Shown here: piece by piece, positions 13,776 through 25,800 of the stretch | How positions within the stretch are numbered: the first letter of the stretch is position 1 | Layout of the letters: each line of letters starts with the position of its first letter | Origin: Chlorokybus atmophyticus | Lineage: Eukaryota > Plantae > Mesostigma and Chlorokybus algae | DNA length: 64,000 bases | Reading direction: 5' to 3' | Assembly: GCA_009103225.1 (NCBI GenBank) | Contig: RHPI01000733.1 | Span: 40,523-104,522 of the forward strand | Position numbers and translations under genes: made by a program | The notes under the pieces: model-generated | What the model saw: the letters and a program-made list of their open reading frames with translations, nothing else | Told to the model about the DNA's origin: nothing | Databases searched by the model: none

Positions 13776-15447
13776 TGCCTTCTGCATCAAGAGCAGGAAA
13801 CCACAAATGATCAAGTGCATGCAAGCCGAAGGCCAAGCAGTCACAATGTCCACATGCTGATGAGAGAGAGACGCATGCCAGATTGTTATCTACCAGTAGT
13901 GACAATGTGCAGTGCGAGACTTACAGGTGCTGGAGAGGGAGCCTGCTGAGTGGAGGACGCAGACCGCCAGGTTGTCGACGGCTGTGTCTTATAGCTCGCC
14001 GTCTGCACTCCCCGGAGCTCTTGCTTTATTTGGAATTCGCAAAAATTCTTTGCATCGGCCGACCGACCATGAATTTGCCCAAAACAATGAATACCATACT
14101 TGTTTCCCGGCCCCGGCCATCGACCGACCCTTCTCGACGGTGTCAGGACCGATAGGACAGCCGACAAGCCTCCGACAACTTGTCCACCACCAGCTGGGAG
14201 GACGCAGGGCCTAGGCCTACAGCTGCACACGGTGTCGTCTAGTAAAGCCGACATCGCGGAGTGGTGTGCAGCACACCACTCCGCGGTGTCTGCTTTTGTC
14301 GATGGAAAGGCACACACCAACACTAGCTGTCGAAGAGAAGGCGAACATGATCCGTCGACCAATCGACCGGTGATTTTAATCGGCCGACGCAAAAGATTGT
14401 TATGGCCTGACTGCTGACTACTGATTGGCTTTGAGCGCCCAGCCATTGGGAGGCTACCCTTAAGCGCACCGCATCTTCTGTTTTGCAGCACCGGGGCCAT
14501 GCTGAGATTTCTTTGAAGGGGGGAAGTGTGGCGGTCGTACGACGCCGCCGTATTTAACGTTCTAGTATAGCGCTGCCTGCTTGGCAGCGACGTACATTGT
14601 AGTGTACTGCCGCCATGCCTGAGCGACTAGGCGGTCAGTCAGTTTCACATTTTCTCAACTTTCGAGAACATTTTGCTACCACAACTCACATCTGTACAAG
14701 CTTTGTCCTTGCATCAAGCAGTAACTTGTTAGTAGTGAAGCCATTCATCGTTATATATACAATTTGGCGATTGATCTCAACCAATTGATGTGCACGCTTG
14801 TCGTGCATCGACATAGTTCAACGTATTCACAATAATGCACTGCATCAACTTTACCCCCCCCAACAGGATGGTAACCACTATATCCGGTTGTGCACACACG
14901 TCACGACATCCGCGGGATTGAGTGGCTATCTATTAGTTCAGCTGTGCATTGTTGTCGATATCCGCAAGCTCGCCGGGGCACCGCATACCATTTGATGGGC
15001 GCATACCGCACATCAATGGGTGGAACAGGATCTCACAGTTAAGCGAGTCCTGCACCCGCGGCAAAGCCACCCACACGCCCAGCCACACTGCTGGACATAT
15101 ACGCAGTGCTCTCGTTGCCCGTGGCGGTTAAGTTATTACTTGACACATCGGCATACACGAGCCTCGTGGCTCTTCGGCGCCGATCCATATACGTCAACAT
15201 TAAATGGGGTCAGCATAGCCGCACGCTGTGCTGGCCCAATCCATGAGCGACTGCTTATCCATGCTTGCTATACATCGCATGCTTGCTATGCAATGCATAA
15301 GTGATGTGCACAATGCATGCGTGTGCACAGCAGCACGTCATACATCCTGTACAGTTGTCACAGACGTGTTGGTCACAGATGCGCAGTACATTCAGCATAT
15401 GCAAACATTGGCATGTCTGTCGACTGCGCGCGTGTGCATGTGCGTGT

Positions 15448-16047
15448 TGTCATGCCTATTGCCCGCGCATACCAGCCTTCATCGCGCATGCCTACATTGA
15501 AACCATCGCCCAGCCTACCAGCATACCAACGCGCGCGCGTCACTGACCAGTAGCTAGGTCATGACTCTAAAGTAGTTCACGACCATATCCTACCCAGACA
15601 CCGCGCGTAGCTGTTCAATTGTGAGTTCAGTTATATAAGTTGCATTCTATATTGAGTGGTGATTGCTGTGAAAATAGCCTCGTATATGACCGTTAGCTTA
15701 TGCTCTGAACAGTCATAATTTGACTTGTATAAGTGGTCACAGTGTTCACCGAATCAGCTGGTGACATTGTGAGTGAGAAAGCTAAGAGCTTGTGAAACGA
15801 CTTGAACTACGAAAATGTCATCCCGGTTACCAAGAACCCCCTCACTATGTGAGTGCCTGTGCATGCTCGTGTGCATCGTGCTTGTCATTGCTGTGAGCTT
15901 GGTGTGCTTGGTTGCAGTGTTTGTTGGCATCGGTTAGGGCATGGTACTCACGTATTGCTTGCTCATTCACCTCACTTAACAGTGTAACACATTTTTCGCT
16001 CATGCAAAAAACTGTGTAAACAGCACTATAGTAGTGGCTTGTTGACT
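15448..16047 (+). repeat. About 600-bp direct repeat, copy 1 (probable remnant of the 5' LTR)
   Basis: Aligns by eye with 38577-39161 from TGTCATGCCTATTGCCCGCG to GCTTGTTGACT, with scattered substitutions and small indels. Confidence 0.8.
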
Positions 16048-16464
16048 CACATTGTCACCCTTTTTGCTCAAGTGAGTGCGTTGCATTCTGCATCAGATAG
16101 TGCAGTCTGTATTTGGGGACACATCCCTGTGCATTTGTTATCACTGTCATTACATAGTGCACACAAGCACTAGTGTGGTGAGTGGTAGCGGCATCGAGAC
16201 TGACAGTAGAGCACAAACACTCTACCCTGCATACACTTTCACCTGTGGACTAGCTATATGAGCAAGCCCACCCCGTTCTCTCCAATAGACGAGGGTGACC
16301 TCAGCAGCTTAAGCCCAACCTCCAATCTCACCTACGAGTGAACCAGCAACGGGAGCAGCGATTGTAGCAGCAGAGGCTCGCGTTCTGTCTCCGACTTTAC
16401 TCCGTTCTTATTTACTCCTCGGCATCGGGTTTCCCCACTCTAGTCCGACAGTGACGACTACAAA

Positions 16465-18216
16465 ATGGAGTCTTTCATCTCAACCACGTCCCTGCGCTTT
16501 TTCGGACGTGCTGGCACTACCTCGCTGGACGAATTTATCATTAAATTCTACTCCAATATGCGACAGTAGGCTCTGAAGAACAAAGACTGGTCGAAGGAGA
16601 TTTCTTTTCACATTGCTACTCGGTGTCTGGACCATGAAGCACATGATGTCTGGAAGTCTGTTGCTGAACTGCATCGAGTTGATGGCTATGGCGAGCTCGC
16701 CATTATCATAGCATCTGCGTCACTGCATAGTCCAGTAGCCGTCTTTCCACCTGCTACTCTCGCTGCAGTCACCGGGTTGTCCATAGCGGCAGCCATTGAC
16801 AGAGCAGAGGAGGAGTAATCTAAGTTGGTGATCATCAACCTGACCCCTGCAGAAATTGAGTTCAAGATGGCCGCACAACGGGCCCGGATCCCAGACCGTT
16901 CTGCTGCCATCCTTGAAGAATAACGAACTGCCGTTGAGGTGGGCACACCCCTGCCTTTGGCAACACCCGGCTTTCATGCGAGAGGCAGTGCTTTCACCCT
17001 CAGGTCAGTCGCACTGCGCGCAGTAGCTATCCTTGTAGGTGCTGCCATCTCTGACCCTCCCCTGAAAGATCTATACGCTGCACTTCGTCGCACCTTCCCA
17101 CCGCAGACCACTAGCAAAGTGGAGGAGTTGAGGCGGTTCCGACGCAAGCCCAACGAGGACCCTCTACGCCTGTACTCCGGACTGGAAGGGCTGTTAAAGG
17201 ACACTGACTACAAGATCTTTAATGATGAGGCTGCTGCAGTGGTATATGTCAATGAGTTGAATGCCACCCTGAGCGAGTCGACGCGCCAGACCCTGAACTA
17301 CAGCAGGCTCTTTGGCTACACGCTCAAAGAAGCTTTTGAGACTGCACAAGCCATCCAAGCGCTTGGTGTATGAGAAGGTAGTGCTGGACCAACCCCAGCG
17401 CCTCGCGGTTTGCAGCCAGCACAACTGTTGAGCCTCCTCGCCGCGAACATGGCCGGACGCTCCACCAGCAGGCGACAAAGGGAAACAGTCAGCGCATACT
17501 GCTTTGCCTGCCCCTATAGCCATGCTCTTCCTTGCGAGCGTTGGCGTAGTTGTTGGTGTTGTTATGGCCTCCGGTATGGTTGCTGTTGTAGCCACCAAAG
17601 TTGTTGCCGTTGTGGCCTTCAGTGTTGTTGCTGTTGTAGCCACCAAAGTTGTTGCCGTTGTAGCTGTTGGCGGGTCTCAACTCAGGGAACTTGAGCCAGC
17701 AAACTAACTCCAAATGGCCTCATGGCGCGTATGGCGCGCTTGAAGGAAGACAAGGAGCAGGACTACCGCGCCTGCTACTCTGCCCGATGGGCATTGATGA
17801 CTCCGAAGCACACGAGAGACACCGGCACTCCGTCACGTATTCAACCATCCCGACGAGTTCGAGGGGAAGCCGCAACATCGTCAGCAGCTACCTCCACTTA
17901 AGCCACCAGTGGTGCTGCACCAGCAGCAACAGTTACACCAGCTATGACGTCAACTCCGTCAACATCAGCAACTACTCTAGTTGCACCACAATTTGGTACA
18001 TCGTAAGCATCGTGACGCCAACACTGATGCGCACGCTGGCAACAGCCACTGCTGTCACCAACCCTGCGGTCGTAAGTCGCACAGGTCCCGCTCCAACTTC
18101 AAGACCACCTGTGTCAGCGAGCGTTGAGACCACTCTCGCGCCACTGAGCGGCACTCTCGCCACCACCGGCAATGCCATCGTGGAGCCCGCTGCCACTGCA
18201 GCGACCCGCGCAGCTA
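16465..18216 (+). pseudogene. Retrotransposon gag, 5' part
   Basis: ATG 16465 is in frame with ORF 16939-17373 (LRRTFPPQTTSKVEELRRFRRKPNEDP, gag-like). In-frame stops at 16567, 16816, 16921 and 17371. Interrupted at the TA at 18215-18216. Confidence 0.65.
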
Positions 18217-18769
18217 CGTCGCAAATTTTACATGGTGACTGACTAAGGACTGAGGGACTTATTGGTGCCTGAGCCTGCCTGTTGCTGCCTGAAATATTAC
18301 TTTTGGACTATTGGGTTTGCCGTTGGCTTAAGTGGACTGACGCAGACGGCCGCGGGCCGAAAGTGGTTGTCAGTGGCACTAACCGGCCGAGAGTTGTCAA
18401 CCAGTTACCCTTTGGTCGATGTGCACAGACGGCCGTTGACCGCTAGTTACGGACAGCTGACAGCAATAGCCGGCAATTTCTTTGCCGTTACACTGCTGTT
18501 AATATGTGACCCTTGCCATTTGACAAAAGTTGGCAATTCTTGCCGTAAGCCAACACTAACATGCCATGCAGCTTGTACAAACCTTGGACTGATTGTTTGG
18601 TCTTGCACCTAAAAGCCCACAATATATACAATGTACGGGCAGTGGTGAGAGTATGTCCACTTACAACTGAGCAGCCGACTTGCGCATGAAACTATCCTAT
18701 AACATTGAGTCTAGCTGTCGGACTCATGCGCAGCTTGTCAACCCGTGGTGCCTGCCTCAGAACTCCTCC

Positions 18770-19630
18770 TCAAACCCCCTCCTCCTGTTCCTCCTCCGAC
18801 GAGTCTTCTGCTTCAACGCCAGAGTCATCCACTGCCTCGCTCGCTGACAGTACAGCGGCTACTTCGTCCTTCAGCTTGAATGTCAGCGCCTCGCCGTGCA
18901 CGCGCATGCGCTTGATGGTCGCTTTGAGAGTGACCACCTGCATTTGGTAATGCTGTAAGAGTGGCGTGCTGCCAGAGGACTAGCCCATCAGCATACACAC
19001 GCTTACCTCGTCTTCCGCTTTGTTGCACTCCGCCAGGCAGACAGTCAGCCTGCCGCGCTGCTCTTGGTTCACTCTGACCAACATGGCAATCTGCAAGCAT
19101 ACTGCTTAATTACCGCTGGAAACATTAAACTAGGTCATAGATTACCCGTTCGTTTGACTCCGCAGCTTCTCTTTTGCGACTTGTGAGCTCCCGCAAGTAG
19201 AAATAGGCTGTGCATTTGCGAGATTGGTCATGCTGTTCATGTGCATGACACTGGAGGTTGTGCATGAGGGTGTGCATGTCGTATTGACAATGTATGTCAA
19301 GTGCAAGATACTTGAGGCTGTGCATGTGCAAGATAAAAGAACCCTAGCATGTGGCATTGACAGTGCATCGTAACCCACCTTGGTTATGCCAGTCTTGTTT
19401 GGTCCCTTCAATCATGTCGCCGTGGTCGCAGCTGCTGGTGGGTCGGATTTTCTTAGAGGCAGTATTGTGGTGTGCCTTTGCCCACTCGGAGGGGGAGCCC
19501 TGTAAGATATCGCCCGAGTCACTGTTGTCATTGGATGTGCCCTTGGTAGTCTTGGTGGGGTTTGACACCGAGGACACCCCTCCGGCACCCTGCCCGCCCT
19601 GTGCGAACATGGAATTCATCCTGGACCTCG
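18770..19630 (-). CDS. Transposon cargo ORF-A, multi-exon, unknown function, acidic tail
   Basis: Phase-0 spliced exons ending at 19146, 19090-19007 (IAMLVRVNQEQRGRLTVCLAECNKAEDE) and 18937-18770 (VVTLKATIKRMRVHGEALTFKLKDE...DSSEEEQEEGV*). The 5' end is unresolved. Confidence 0.45.
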
Positions 19631-20041
19631 ACCACAATGCCCACTATGCCCCTGGCAGCTCCGTCAACGATCTTCCAAACGCCACATACCCTCGGCATCA
19701 CGCCCCTGTAAGGGCATAGCTTGGCGGAGCTATCAATGGTGTTTTCATGCGCAGGGGGACTGACATTGCCAGAGTTGTCAATGGTACGAACTGCCATTGC
19801 CATTGTACAAAGGTACCATTTCAATGGTACCTTTGTATAATGCCTATACCTTGGGGCAAAGGCATCTTCGTACCATTGAAACGGTTCAATCAGAATATAT
19901 ATGTATATATATATATATCCAGACTCACCCTGGACGTTCAATGGCTCGATCGTACTATTATAATGGTGCGACGGAGCCAGTGACTGGCGGCCAAGTTTCC
20001 CGCCTCTGGCATGCAAGGGTAGCGGTAGCGGTGGCGGTGGC

Positions 20042-20073
<32 letters not shown>

Positions 20074-20140
20074 GTGTGCGTGTTGCTGGATATGATGCAG
20101 GTTACATTGGCGACACCTGTGTCGACGTTAGTAGTGAGAT

Positions 20141-23100
20141 ATGGGAGTCCTTTGTCCGTATTGCCACATGCGCTTCGCCACACGCAGCTCGGTCTACATG
20201 CACATTATTAGCAGCAGGGTGTGCAAGCAGATCAAGCTGTATGTCGGCCAGCGTCCATTACAGTACGATGCGGGTCATGTTGAACCGGGGAGTTCGATCC
20301 AGGATGCTCACATGCTTGTTGCTGAAGGATTCCTCCAGAAGACACACAGCAGCAACAGGAGGAGGAGGAAGTGAACGAGGGCTTTCGATGTGTGCGTGTG
20401 CCTGAGAAACCTGTGGCACGCCAACATGGAAGTGGAGGCGTCCCTTCGCAAGCGTCGGAATCCAGGTGGTATGGCTCGGAGCATGCTCTTGCAGTGGCAT
20501 TCGTGCAGTGCAACAACGGCCAAGGCCTGTCGGCCTCCGACATGGGGCGGATCATCAAGTGCATCCGAAATGCACACTTCCTGACGGAAGAGCTCCAGTN
20601 CCTAACGGAAGAGCTCCAGTGGGAGACCGGTGTGCATGCTGCCAACTACCTCCGGACCACGATCGCTTTCTCTCAGTTTGAGGTGTGTTCACGGTGTGCG
20701 GTGCATGTGCTTCAACCATCAGAGCCATGTCACATATGCACATGCGAGTGTGCTGCCGTATCAGAACTACGTGACGGCTGACCTGCGCAAGCCTGGAGAC
20801 CCTGAGGATCAGGACATCTGCGTCACATATATGCCGGCCAAGGTCTGTGAAATGCAGTACCTAATGCAGTATCGATGCAGTATCTATTCTGAGGCCAGCA
20901 TAGTAAGTAATGCTCTTGGTCGGAGCAGGTATGGCTCGCGCGGTTGTATGGCAATCCACATGCCGCCAATGGCTTCAATCTCCAGTACACTGGTGACGAG
21001 CACAGCTTTGGCCATCCTTCCACGGGCGATTGGTGGAAGGATGTGGAGGTGCATTTGAGGAGAGAGGTGGGGGAAGCGTCCTACTTGGCGCCTGCCATTC
21101 TGTACAGTGACAAGACCACGCTGGACAGCGCGGGCAAGCGCTCTGGCTACCCTCTGATGGCATCGCTTGCCAACTACAGTTGGGACATGTATGCTAGCAA
21201 CATGAGGGTTGTTATGATAGCGCTTCTGCCGGTGGTTCACGCAGTGGCCGGGCATCCCACCTGGGCGCAGGGCAAGGAATCGTTCTCCCTTCGAAAACGT
21301 GAGATTTTTCATGACGCTTTGAATATAGTGTTAGGGGATGTGAAGCGGGCGAGTTGGGAAGGTCTGCAGCTCATCGACCCAAATGGCATCGAGCGTCGTG
21401 TGTTTCTCGCGCTTGCCAACTACATCAGCGATTTGCAGGTAGTGGGCATGAATGGTTGTAACCGGATGCAGCCTGCCAGCAAATAGTGCATGGAGGATGT
21501 TGTCAGTAGAACATCTGAGTTTGTCGTGTTTTAGGAGACTGCCACACTTGCACGCACTGTGTCGGGCAACCAAACACGACATCCTTGCGATGTTTGTCTC
21601 GTCACCAAATCAGATCTGTTGTAGACGGATGAGGACTGGGAATTGAGAACCGAGGCCTTCTACACACCAGCACTACGTCAGCTGCGGGCGGACCTGCATA
21701 GCGGTGTTAGGAATGCACGCCAGCCAGCCAAGGCTTTTAAAGAGCAGCACTCCATGCATGTCGAGGAGGTAATGGTCAAATTACCGGCATTCGTGAGGAT
21801 GAATGGCTTTCCGTGAAACCAGGCAATGTGGTTTGGCAACAGAATGCACTGTGGGGTTGGCGACAGTCGCGGGTGCCGGGAGCTGACTGCTACTCTCGTC
21901 TTGCCCCTGACGCAATGCATGTGCTGGGAGGCATCATTGACCACCTGCTTGCTGCTGTGCAAGACGCCGCAAAGGAACGAATGCGTCCATCCACGAGACA
22001 AATTCTGCAGGCCAGGCACGTCTTTTGTGTTGCTTTTGTGTTGAACACTCAAGCCAACAACACGTGCTCACGAGCAGATGTGCACAGGCTGAATGCATGC
22101 AAGGCGACTCTGCGGGTTTCGCACTGCAAGGCACCCACAAGCACAGTAGATATCTTCCTGTCCGACCACTCCTTTCAGATGGTGGAGAAAGTGGCGGTGC
22201 TGCAGCTGCTGCCGGTCCTCGCAGACGGTTTGCTGCTCGACAGTGAGGGCAACGATTTCTTCACCATTGCTGCCGCATCGCTTGCCCAGTGGAACAAGAA
22301 GTTGCTGAAGGCGCATGAACACACAAGAGAGACCCTGACCACAGCCGACAACGAGCTGGCTGCCTTCAAAGCTGCAGTGTTGCATCCGCTACTGTCGTCA
22401 TATTCTGCACAGAAGTCAGGTTGGAAGATTGAGAAGATGCATCAGCTCACTCATTTTGGGCCGGCAATTGTCAGCAGTGGACACCCAGATTGGTTCAGCG
22501 CCAACCGCATGGAGCAGACGCACGCTCAAAATATTAAACGGTGGGCGCGTGGTGGCAACAACCGGGACTACCAGGCACGTATCTTGAAGGCATGGAGCTT
22601 TGCGGAATATGTGAGAGAGGATGGCATGGTCGTGGATCCCGAGATGCGCTCGGTCATGGCACAGGCGCGGCAGCAGTGCTGTAATGTCATGGAGAAGACG
22701 GACAAGTTGCTACAGATGGATGTGCTGACAAAGAGGGAGTCCAGCCCGTACTGGGACGGATCTGCGCGTAGCCGCCAAGTCGCCTTGAAGACTCCATTTG
22801 CCGACAAGCTGCCTGCCACCCTGAACAGGTGGTTGAGGAGGGAACAACTGGAGTTGGCCGACGGGTGGCGTGCTGTTCGCGTGGTGAACGGAGGCGCAGC
22901 GGTGTACATGACATTAGGAGTCAGCATGGCGCGCGCAACTGGGATGTTCCATGGGCGGCCTTGGTTCTCTACACTTGAGTTGGAAGGTGATGAGGACGGT
23001 GTGAACGTGACGTGGTGGGCTCAGGCACTCCTTTTTCTGCGCGTGGTGGTGTGGGGTGGTAGCGGCGAGCGCGTGTGGAAGGAGGTCGTGTTTGTCCGCT

Positions 23101-23300
23101 GGTACACGAAGCTGGATGTGACGAGCGACACAAAGTGCATCGCTCTGGAATGGGAAAAGCGTCGAGGCGGTCCACATCTCGATGTCGTGACTCTGGAGCA
23201 AGTAAAAGGCATTGTCCAGCTGCTCCCCATGTTTGACAAGGACAGCGCCCGTGTACAAGAGGGCAAGTATTGGATGAACGTTCATCGCACTTCCACGTGA
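20141..23300 (+). pseudogene. Plavaka-family transposase (N-terminal C2H2-like finger), disrupted
   Basis: Motifs PSTGDWWK, ILYSDKT, GYPLMASLAN, FHDALNIVL, LANYISDLQE, PCDVCLV, PDAMHVLGG, KMHQLTHF...G...SANRMEQTH, ARATGMFHGRPWF, VFVRWY. Exons 20141-20682, 20765-20842, 20929-21438, 21535-21768, 21843-23300. Frameshift near 20340 and TAG at 21622-21624. Confidence 0.85.
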
Positions 23301-23503
23301 CACATGTACTTGTCTCGCTACTCTGAGTTTGGAGCATATCAGTCAGTTAGGCATTGCTAATCGTATGCTAAGACTTTTGCATGTGGACGTGTACAATACC
23401 GGGCAGCTGTCACTGCACAACTGTCACCACAATCGAATGATCCATGCAACATTCAACAATCAGTCCGCCGTGTGGCATTAAGCATCAATACAGTGCACCA
23501 CAC

Positions 23504-25228
23504 TCAAGCCTCATAGTTCCATGACACAGGAGGGTAGTCACAGCGCATATCCATTGTTTCAAGCATGAGACGCCCTATGCACTCCGCCATTGCGGGAGGA
23601 ACTGCATTCGCTATGGAAACGGCCGAGGTCATCCATGGCACTCCCAGCGCTGTTTGCCACGCAGCAATGCCGCCCCTGGTGCTTGGAAGGCCATAGACCG
23701 GGTACATCTGCTGTGGCGCGTTTGATGTCACGATTGTCTTCTTCGCGCTAGCGGACAGGTGCGGCGATAGTAGTCCAACTGCCTTGCCCGCGTGCGAGAA
23801 GCGTGCTGGTGGGGTAGCTACCATTGGCTATGTCTCAAACAGACGGTGTCGGAAAGTTGATAGGCCAAACATTGTGCCATAAAGGGACAGATTGGGTCTG
23901 AATGAGGAAGCTGCTCCTGGCACATTCTCAATCACAAACTTGCCCTGGCTTGCAAGTAGCAGACGTCGGACGAGCGGTATCATATCTTGGTGTCTCCAGG
24001 ATGTGCCATGTGCCGCCCGTTGAGGTGCCGGGATAGCACCTGAATAGGCCTGGCATGGTGGACTGGCCCAGATGAGCTCGTACTCGCTCAGCTCTCCTGC
24101 ACTCAGGGTGCATCGCGGTGTATGAATGGCAGCGGGTACTCAGAAGAGGGACTTATGTCCATCCCGGTCACGTCAAAGCCTGCGTAGTATAGACCGACAC
24201 TGGCACCGCCACCGCCGCAGAATAGGTCGAGTGCCCTTGGTCTGCGTGTGCGTCCCAGCTTGTTGTCAAATGGCGTGTATGTGGTCAAGGCTGGCCGTGG
24301 TGCTGGCCAGGGACTAACAATGATGCCGTCCGGGCTTACTTTGCGACTGACGTTCTCCCCTCCGGCGCGCAGAACATGGCGTGCCCCGTCAACTGATGTG
24401 TACGCGAATACGTTGTGCCCTTGAAAGTTTTTGGTTTGTGGTCGATCACCGTCATTGAATACTATACGGTGCTGCCCTGCAAAGACATTTTCCATTGCAC
24501 CATGCATATATGATGCGTCCTCAATCTCGCACGCCACGAAGCGATGCTGACCTGACGCTTGCTTGAATGATTCCACAACGCCCGCATACCATTCCCCATC
24601 CAGCGGCCAATGCACCATGACACTCACACCGATCAGCTGCTCGCATCCCAACTTAACTGCGTTCCGCAGCCGATGCAGTGCGCTGTCCAACGGTCGATGG
24701 TCTGCCTCCTCTACAGCGGCCAGGGGATGGAACTGCCCACGCCCACACCGTGCAAGACTGCTCTGAATGCGACAACAGCTTCAACATGCATGAAATAAGC
24801 ATACGCCCAACATAACATGCAGTGATACGTCGCGGTCCACTCTTGTGGATTACCTCCACAGCATCCACCACCTGTCCACTAACCACATGTCCCGGTGTTG
24901 TCCATGTGAAGAAGCGCATGGGTTCCCCTCGCCACTCGAAGCATGAGCGCGAGCACGATTCGCACACGCACTGCACGCAATGGAAAAACTCGGGTTCCTT
25001 GCACAGCACTTGGCCGAGGCGGCAGCCAAACACGTCGACATTGTGTGTGGTGTGATGCCAGCAAGCAGCACTAAAACCGTGGCACACTGTCTGCACTCGC
25101 TGGCATTCGGTCAAGTGTGCTCGCATTTGCTGCCTACGGCCATTGGCACATACGTACGCATTGCATTGTGGGCACACCAAGCATGGTCTCCTAGGTGAGG
25201 GTGATTCAACTGCTGCCGCCGACATCAT
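23504..25228 (-). pseudogene. Cys-rich / Tudor / C5-cytosine DNA methyltransferase fusion (about 520 aa when repaired)
   Basis: Exons 25228-24854, 24762-24552 and 24476-23504 splice in frame. Tudor-like LIGVSVMVHWPLDGEWYAGVVESFKQASGQHRIVFNDGD. MTase motifs: I RALDLFCGGGG, IV IWASPPCQAYS (24050-24061), VI FVIENVPG (23921-23929), VIII GTMFGL..RHRLFE, X IANAVPPAMAECIG. One frameshift at about 24105-24112 and a TAG at 23828-23830. Confidence 0.85.
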
Positions 25229-25800
25229 GCAAAATAGGAATCGGCACGGCTGCCCACAAACTGAGCGAGACTTTAGGGTATGGGCATCAATTTAGGGTTG
25301 CCAGCTTACGAACCCTAAATGGGTCAAACTTCAAGTGAAGCACGACTGTACCTTATACGCTATTGCAGTACCATGCATGGTACTACATCAACATGAATGG
25401 TACTCNTACAGTACAAGGATACTCGCAGGCACGATCGTGGAGTAATACTGTGCTGTTATGCCATGGAACCCAAAGCGCTGTCCGAGTTTGTTGCTGTCAA
25501 CCACGCTTTAAACCAGCGAGGTATGCAAGCCATGCACTGACTCATGCGCCGGGCAGTCATCATACACATGTACAGCCAATGCTTCTAAAACAGCAGATAT
25601 CTGGTGCACCATGCACCATGCTGCAACTATACATGTACCTACATGGTTCACAGGAAGCCAACACAAAACTACAATACATGCACAATTGGCATCAAGGCGG
25701 GGGCCAAATCACCGCCGACACGTTGGCGTCTTGCATCAGGCGTGGCGACCAAAACGGGTGAGGTTGCTTGCAGAATGGACACGCTTGTAGATTCTTTGAT

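Noticed and set aside
13950-14420. GTCGAC/CCGAC-rich segment as a separate TIR element
   Set aside because: It is motif-rich, but I could not identify termini or a target duplication.
14575-14600. GCGACGTACATTG matching the right junction of the Plavaka element
   Set aside because: Only a 13-bp match, and I found no partner TA-CGTCGC end upstream; it cannot support a second element.
20581-20622. 21-bp tandem duplication (LTEELQ x2) in the transposase
   Set aside because: It straddles a single N, so it is most likely a contig-overlap artefact. Other single-N joins occur near 25386, 39793 and 42117.
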